DNA from: an uncultured Bacteroidales bacterium | GTDB lineage: Bacteria; Bacteroidota; Bacteroidia; Bacteroidales; VadinHA17 | DNA: 64,000 nt | Reading direction: 5' to 3' | Assembly (NCBI GenBank): GCA_963702415.1 | Contig: CAVPCP010000008.1 | Coordinates: 199,732-263,731, forward strand | Shown: positions 59,858-64,000 of the stretch, piece after piece | How positions within the stretch are numbered: the stretch's first letter is position 1 | Layout of the letters: every line of letters starts with the position of its first letter | Notes under the pieces: model-generated | What the model was told of the DNA's origin: nothing | Databases searched by the model: none | What the model saw: the letters and a program-made list of their open reading frames with translations, nothing else | Position numbers and translations under genes: made by a program

Positions 59858-59890
59858 GCCTTCGGCTAAAAACAAGTTAGCCGCAAGCGA
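59858..59890 (+). other. minimal cassette junction: R'' and R' half-sites abutted, with no mega-attC interior
   Basis: acgccttCGGCTAAaaacaaGTTAGCCGcaagcg. The left half pairs with 59382-59395 and the right half pairs with 60464-60478. Confidence 0.6.
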
Positions 59891-59961
59891 ACCAGCGACA
59901 GTGCGATGGTCAATGAAATAGAATATTGAATTAAAACATAAAAATAAAAGAAGGAAATCTC

Positions 59962-60459
59962 ATGCAGAAAAAGTCTTTAGTGGTAATTGACATTCAAAAT
60001 GACATTACCAAAAACTACAAAGAAATCATTGACAATGTTAATCGGTCAATAGATTGGGCAGTGGAAAATGAAATTCATGTCGTTTACATAAGGCATTATA
60101 ACTTATCTGACGGTACAAGGACTTTCAAACCTAATACTCGTGGGTCTGAATTAGTTTCGGACATGAAATTGGTTTCCAAAAACATTTTTGAAAAATCCAA
60201 AGGCAACGCATTGACCAGCGAAGATTTTGCTGACTTTATCAAAAAAAATGAAATAAGCGAATTTTACATTACAGGAGCAGACGCCATTGCCTGCGTGAAA
60301 TCAACCGTATTTAATATGTGCAAGGAAAACTACAAAGTTACAGTCTTATCAGATTGTATTACGAGTTATGATAAAAGAAAAATTGACGAAATGCTGAATT
60401 ATTACGAAAAAAATGGCAGTAAAATAATTAAATTGAATGACTTGATAGATTCTAAATAA
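59962..60459 (+). CDS. isochorismatase-family cysteine hydrolase
   Basis: LVVIDIQND (Asp), a conserved Lys region, and ITGADAIACVKST (Cys). Confidence 0.8.
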   Translation: MQKKSLVVIDIQNDITKNYKEIIDNVNRSIDWAVENEIHVVYIRHYNLSDGTRTFKPNTRGSELVSDMKLVSKNIFEKSKGNALTSEDFADFIKKNEISEFYITGADAIACVKSTVFNMCKENYKVTVLSDCITSYDKRKIDEMLNYYEKNGSKIIKLNDLIDSK

Positions 60460-60472
60460 AAACACGCCTTCG

Positions 60473-60759
60473 GCTAACACGGACAATATGGGTAAGTTGT
60501 TTCCCGCTTTTTTATTGAAAAAGCGGGACAGGTCGTCATGCTTTTTGCTTTTGCTCCTGAACTCAAGACAGCTTTGTAATGGTTCTTGCACCCGGACACC
60601 AGCCTTCGCTGAAGCTACGGCTGTCGAAGCGCGCACCTGCCCGCAATATAAATCCTGCACCGTGACATTTTTCTGGCTAAAGTACCAGTCCCGCGTACGC
60701 GGGATGCCCGGTGCTTGCGTCGGGTAACACAACCTCCCCATATTGCCGGGCCGTTATGT
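60473..60759 (+). repeat. mega-attC-like site 44 (287 bp, central modules deleted)
   Basis: GCTAAC...GTTATGT. Confidence 0.85.
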
Positions 60760-60873
60760 GCAAATTTGACCACACTAATCAATGAACCAGTAATATGAAT
60801 ACAACAAACAGTAATTTGACTATTTACTGTTACTTCAAGATTGATTTCCTTTGTACAAATATTTTGAGTAATT

Positions 60874-61803
60874 ATGAAAGATATTGTTTATAGGGTAACG
60901 ACAATTAACGAATTACACGCAATTGCAGGATTTGAAAAGCCTAAACATCCCTTGATTTCTGTTATTGACTATTCAAAAGTAAATGTTGTTGATGCTCCAG
61001 AATCGGGAAGTTTTGTTTGTAGTTTTTACACTGTCAACTTCAAAAAAAATTGTCATTTCATGTATGGAAGACAGCCTTTTGACCACCAAGAAGGAACTTT
61101 AATTTGTACAGCTCCGGAACAAATTATTACATTCGACCGGAAAAGAGATACAGGAAGTTCAGAAGGCTGGGGATTATATTTTCATCCCGAATTAATAAGA
61201 AACTCAAATCTTGGAAAGAAAATACATGAATATTCTTTTTTTTCTTATGAAGAAAATGAAGCATTGCATCTATCAGACGAAGAAAAACAAACCTTGCTTT
61301 CCATAATAAAGCAAATGGAAAATGAATATAATACAAACATTGACCAATACTCCCATGAGTTAATAATATCAAATATTGAGTTATTTCTAAATTATTGTAA
61401 GCGTTATTATGGAAGACAGTTTATCACACGAACCAATCAGAACAAAGATTTGATTGTAAATTTTGAGAACTTTTTATCTGAATATGTTAATTCTGACAAA
61501 CTGAGAACTTTAGGAATTCCTTCTGTAAAGCATTGTGCTGAAGCCATGAATTTGTCAGCCAATTATTTTGGCGATTTACTTAAAAGCGAAACTGGCAAAA
61601 ATGCACAGGAACATATTCACTATTTCTTATTGGAGCAGGCTAAAAACTTGTTGGTAAGCTCAGAAAAAAGAATCAACGAAATAGCTTATGTCTTAGGATT
61701 TGAATATCCGCAAAATTTCAGTAAACTATTTAAAAAGAAAGTTGGTTTATCACCAACAGATTTCAGAAACGAAAAAGTATTAAAACAAATTAATATCAAT
61801 TAA
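60874..61803 (+). CDS. AraC-family transcriptional regulator
   Basis: C-terminal double HTH: SVKHCAEAMNLSANYFGDLLKSETGKNAQEHIHYFLLEQAKNLL...INEIAYVLGFEYPQNFSKLFKKKVGLSPTDFR. Confidence 0.9.
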   Translation: MKDIVYRVTTINELHAIAGFEKPKHPLISVIDYSKVNVVDAPESGSFVCSFYTVNFKKNCHFMYGRQPFDHQEGTLICTAPEQIITFDRKRDTGSSEGWGLYFHPELIRNSNLGKKIHEYSFFSYEENEALHLSDEEKQTLLSIIKQMENEYNTNIDQYSHELIISNIELFLNYCKRYYGRQFITRTNQNKDLIVNFENFLSEYVNSDKLRTLGIPSVKHCAEAMNLSANYFGDLLKSETGKNAQEHIHYFLLEQAKNLLVSSEKRINEIAYVLGFEYPQNFSKLFKKKVGLSPTDFRNEKVLKQININ

Positions 61804-61820
61804 CAAATCAATATAAAATC

Positions 61821-62252
61821 ATGAATAGGAATTTTTTTATTTCCGGAATAATTACTTCAGTAGTCAACCTTATACTTCAGGCAAGTATCTACTTCATTTT
61901 TTTAAAAAAGTACTTTACTACTCATCCTGCGGGTTCTGATGAATACATGAAACAACTTAACCGACCACCAGAAGAACTTGTAATCTGGGCATTGCTTATC
62001 TCAGCCCTAGCATTTGGTTTTTTTATTACTACCACAATAAAATGGTCTGGTGCTAAAAGCTTTAGCTCGGGTTTGAAGTATGGATTTATACTCGGAGTGC
62101 TATTTTGGACTGCTATGAACTTTGGACTTTATTCTGCACAAAATATTTTCTCACTACCAAGTGTTTTAGCTGATTTGGTATGTAGCGCATTTTCAATGAC
62201 GATTTCTGGAGCAGTTTCAGCTTGGATTCTTGGAAAAGCAAATTCAAATTGA
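61821..62252 (+). CDS. small membrane protein (4 TM)
   Basis: Hydrophobic helices. Follows the AraC gene in the same cassette. Confidence 0.55.
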   Translation: MNRNFFISGIITSVVNLILQASIYFIFLKKYFTTHPAGSDEYMKQLNRPPEELVIWALLISALAFGFFITTTIKWSGAKSFSSGLKYGFILGVLFWTAMNFGLYSAQNIFSLPSVLADLVCSAFSMTISGAVSAWILGKANSN

Positions 62253-62377
62253 GATTAAATATAAGCTTACATATTTACAAAAAAATCGAGGTGAATACTA
62301 AAAAGATAAAAGCAACGAACCGACACCAAGACCTTAAACAATAGAGTAATGAACAACAAAAATTAAACACCTAAACC

Positions 62378-62806
62378 TTGAAAAACTCTTTAGTAAAAAT
62401 ACTTGTAACTATTGGTAGTATTATTTCAATAGGTTTTGGACTCTGGCACTTTTTTGTTCCGAGCATTTGGAATTGGTATTTATATTTTGACAAGGCTGCA
62501 ACTGAACTTATTTTAGCAGTTCGGGCAATAAATATATTTTTTTCCTTATTACTTGTTTTGCTTGGGATTGCCAATATACTATTTGTATTTAGAAAGCTAC
62601 AAGACAGATTTTCTACGATGGTGATACTCTCAATATCAAACATCTTATGGACAACTCGAATAATTCTTCAGTTAGTGTATCCGCAAGGTTCTCAAAACTC
62701 AATCATTCAATACAGTATGCTTTTGACTTTTTTGGTTGTTTTGGCTTGTTTTGCCTTAGCATTATTATTAATATTGTTTAATAAAGAGATAGTTGAAACA
62801 AGATAA
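62378..62806 (+). CDS. small membrane protein (4 TM)
   Basis: TTG start, hydrophobic helices. Third ORF of the AraC cassette. Confidence 0.5.
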   Translation: MKNSLVKILVTIGSIISIGFGLWHFFVPSIWNWYLYFDKAATELILAVRAINIFFSLLLVLLGIANILFVFRKLQDRFSTMVILSISNILWTTRIILQLVYPQGSQNSIIQYSMLLTFLVVLACFALALLLILFNKEIVETR

Positions 62807-62822
62807 AAAACAAAAATCTGCA

Positions 62823-63168
62823 CATAACACGGACAATATGGGTAAGTTGCTTGTCACGGTTTTTGCTTTTGCTCCTGCCACCTAGACAGAACCGTAATGC
62901 TTGACAAATCCAGACCGCGCCACAACTGTTAACAAAATAACAATACCTGGATAGTTCCCCATTCGTAAGATAACTTGTACCGCGACACTCGTAATGCTCA
63001 GCCAAATTAGTACCCGGACTGCAAAAACACGTGCCCCCGCTTTCGCTGCGCTACTGCGGGGCAGGCTCCCCTCCTTGCACCGTGACAGCTTTCTGGCTAA
63101 AGTATCAGGATCGTGACCGGTGCTTGCGTCGGGTAACACAACCTCCCCATATTGCCGGGCCGTTAGCG
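62823..63168 (+). repeat. mega-attC-like site 45 (346 bp, A2; near-copy of site 34)
   Basis: CATAAC...GTTAGCG. Confidence 0.85.
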
Positions 63169-63355
63169 GGCATTTTTGCCACTATAGTACTCCGATATAA
63201 TGACAGTCTTCTTGATTTCCTTTCCCATTTAAATTTAATAAATAAACATCCTTAAAATCATATTAACATAAAAAAATTATTATTTATTAACTATTATTTA
63301 TTGTTTATCAATATTTTTTTATTATCTTTGCATCATAACTTAAAATTCAATTGTC

Positions 63356-63892
63356 ATGTCAAAGAAAAATGATGTAATTCTTAAAGTATTAAATGTAGTT
63401 TCTTGGGTTATTTTCATAGGATTATGTATTGAGGCAGGAGCCTTAATTTTTAATTTTATTTTGACCCTTTTCAAACCAATTGCTTCCCATGACATTTACA
63501 AAGGATTAAACCTTTCAGAAATGTATGAAAACAATTTTTCTCATTTCATTGGGATAATGAGTTTTGTCGTTGTTTTATCTATCCTCAAGGCCTATTTATT
63601 TTTTCTTGTTGTAGAGATCTTCATGAAATTAAATCTAGTTAAACCTTTCAATTTAAAGATTGCTAAACTGATAGAAAAGATAAGCTATGAGGCATTTGCT
63701 ATTGCCGTTGTTAGTATTATAGCACATCAGTACACAAAAAGACTCATTCAATCCGGATACGAGGTAGGACATGTAGAAAAATACTGGAATGACATGGCAG
63801 CATTTCTTATGATGGGAGCTATCATATTTGTAATATCACAGATATTCAACAAAGGCATAGAGTTACAAAACGAAAACGATTTAACAGTTTAA
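63356..63892 (+). CDS. DUF2975-family membrane protein
   Basis: 4-5 TM helices. Followed immediately by a YozG-type HTH gene, the usual DUF2975/YozG pairing. Confidence 0.65.
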   Translation: MSKKNDVILKVLNVVSWVIFIGLCIEAGALIFNFILTLFKPIASHDIYKGLNLSEMYENNFSHFIGIMSFVVVLSILKAYLFFLVVEIFMKLNLVKPFNLKIAKLIEKISYEAFAIAVVSIIAHQYTKRLIQSGYEVGHVEKYWNDMAAFLMMGAIIFVISQIFNKGIELQNENDLTV

Positions 63893-63895
63893 GCC

Positions 63896-64000
63896 ATGCC
63901 AATCATTGTAAACTTAGATGTAATGATGGCAAAGCGAAAGATTTCGCTTAATGAGCTATCCCAAAAAGTTGATTTAACTCTTTCTAACCTTTCCATCTTG
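63896..64000 (+). CDS. YozG-like XRE HTH transcriptional regulator (partial, runs off the window)
   Basis: MPIIVNLDVMMAKRKISLNELSQKVDLTLSNLSIL closely resembles the YozG N-terminus. Confidence 0.8.
   Translation, partial: MPIIVNLDVMMAKRKISLNELSQKVDLTLSNLSIL

Noticed and set aside
3519-64000. A CRISPR-like reading of the regular repeat/spacer appearance.
   Set aside because: The repeats are 244-528 bp, imperfect and modular. The 'spacers' are 0.2-3.9 kb and contain genes. No cas genes are present.

Overview
This is an AT-rich segment that looks like Bacteroidota. That guess is an inference from ORF6N, FISUMP, Reg_prop, YwqK/MORN and TonB-C domains, many lipoproteins, and the lack of Shine-Dalgarno-like leaders. 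At the left end is a tyrosine recombinase locus: 1267-1914 and 1927-2745 are in the same frame, separated by one TGA. It is flanked by G-rich heptamer repeats and followed by an ORF6N DNA-binding gene (2891-3412). From 3519 to the right edge, more than 60 kb, the window is one continuous array of about 46 gene cassettes, all on the plus strand. The cassettes are separated by 45 copies of a long, visibly GC-richer repeat (244-528 bp, mostly about 390 bp). Each repeat starts (C/T)TAAC-ACGGAC-AATATGGG and ends CCCATATT-GCCGGGCC-GTTA(G/T). This matches the R''/L''...L'/R' layout of an integron attC site, at 3-5 times the described length and with a conserved modular interior. Four observations support site-specific cassette mobility and a folded single-stranded form: (1) compensatory changes between the left and right arms; (2) complementarity between each cassette's own 5' end and the start of its own 3' site; (3) three cassette duplications whose breakpoints fall on GTTA; (4) small hairpin insertions that respect the scaffold. 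The recombinase lacks the IntI-specific insertion, so I read this as an integron-like system not captured by current attC/IntI models. Cargo is typical of chromosomal integrons: three toxin-antitoxin pairs, two GNATs, a cupin, hydrolases, an AraC unit, and many small secreted, lipoprotein or membrane proteins of unknown function. I saw no rRNA, tRNA or CRISPR. All alignments, counts and identities were done by eye.
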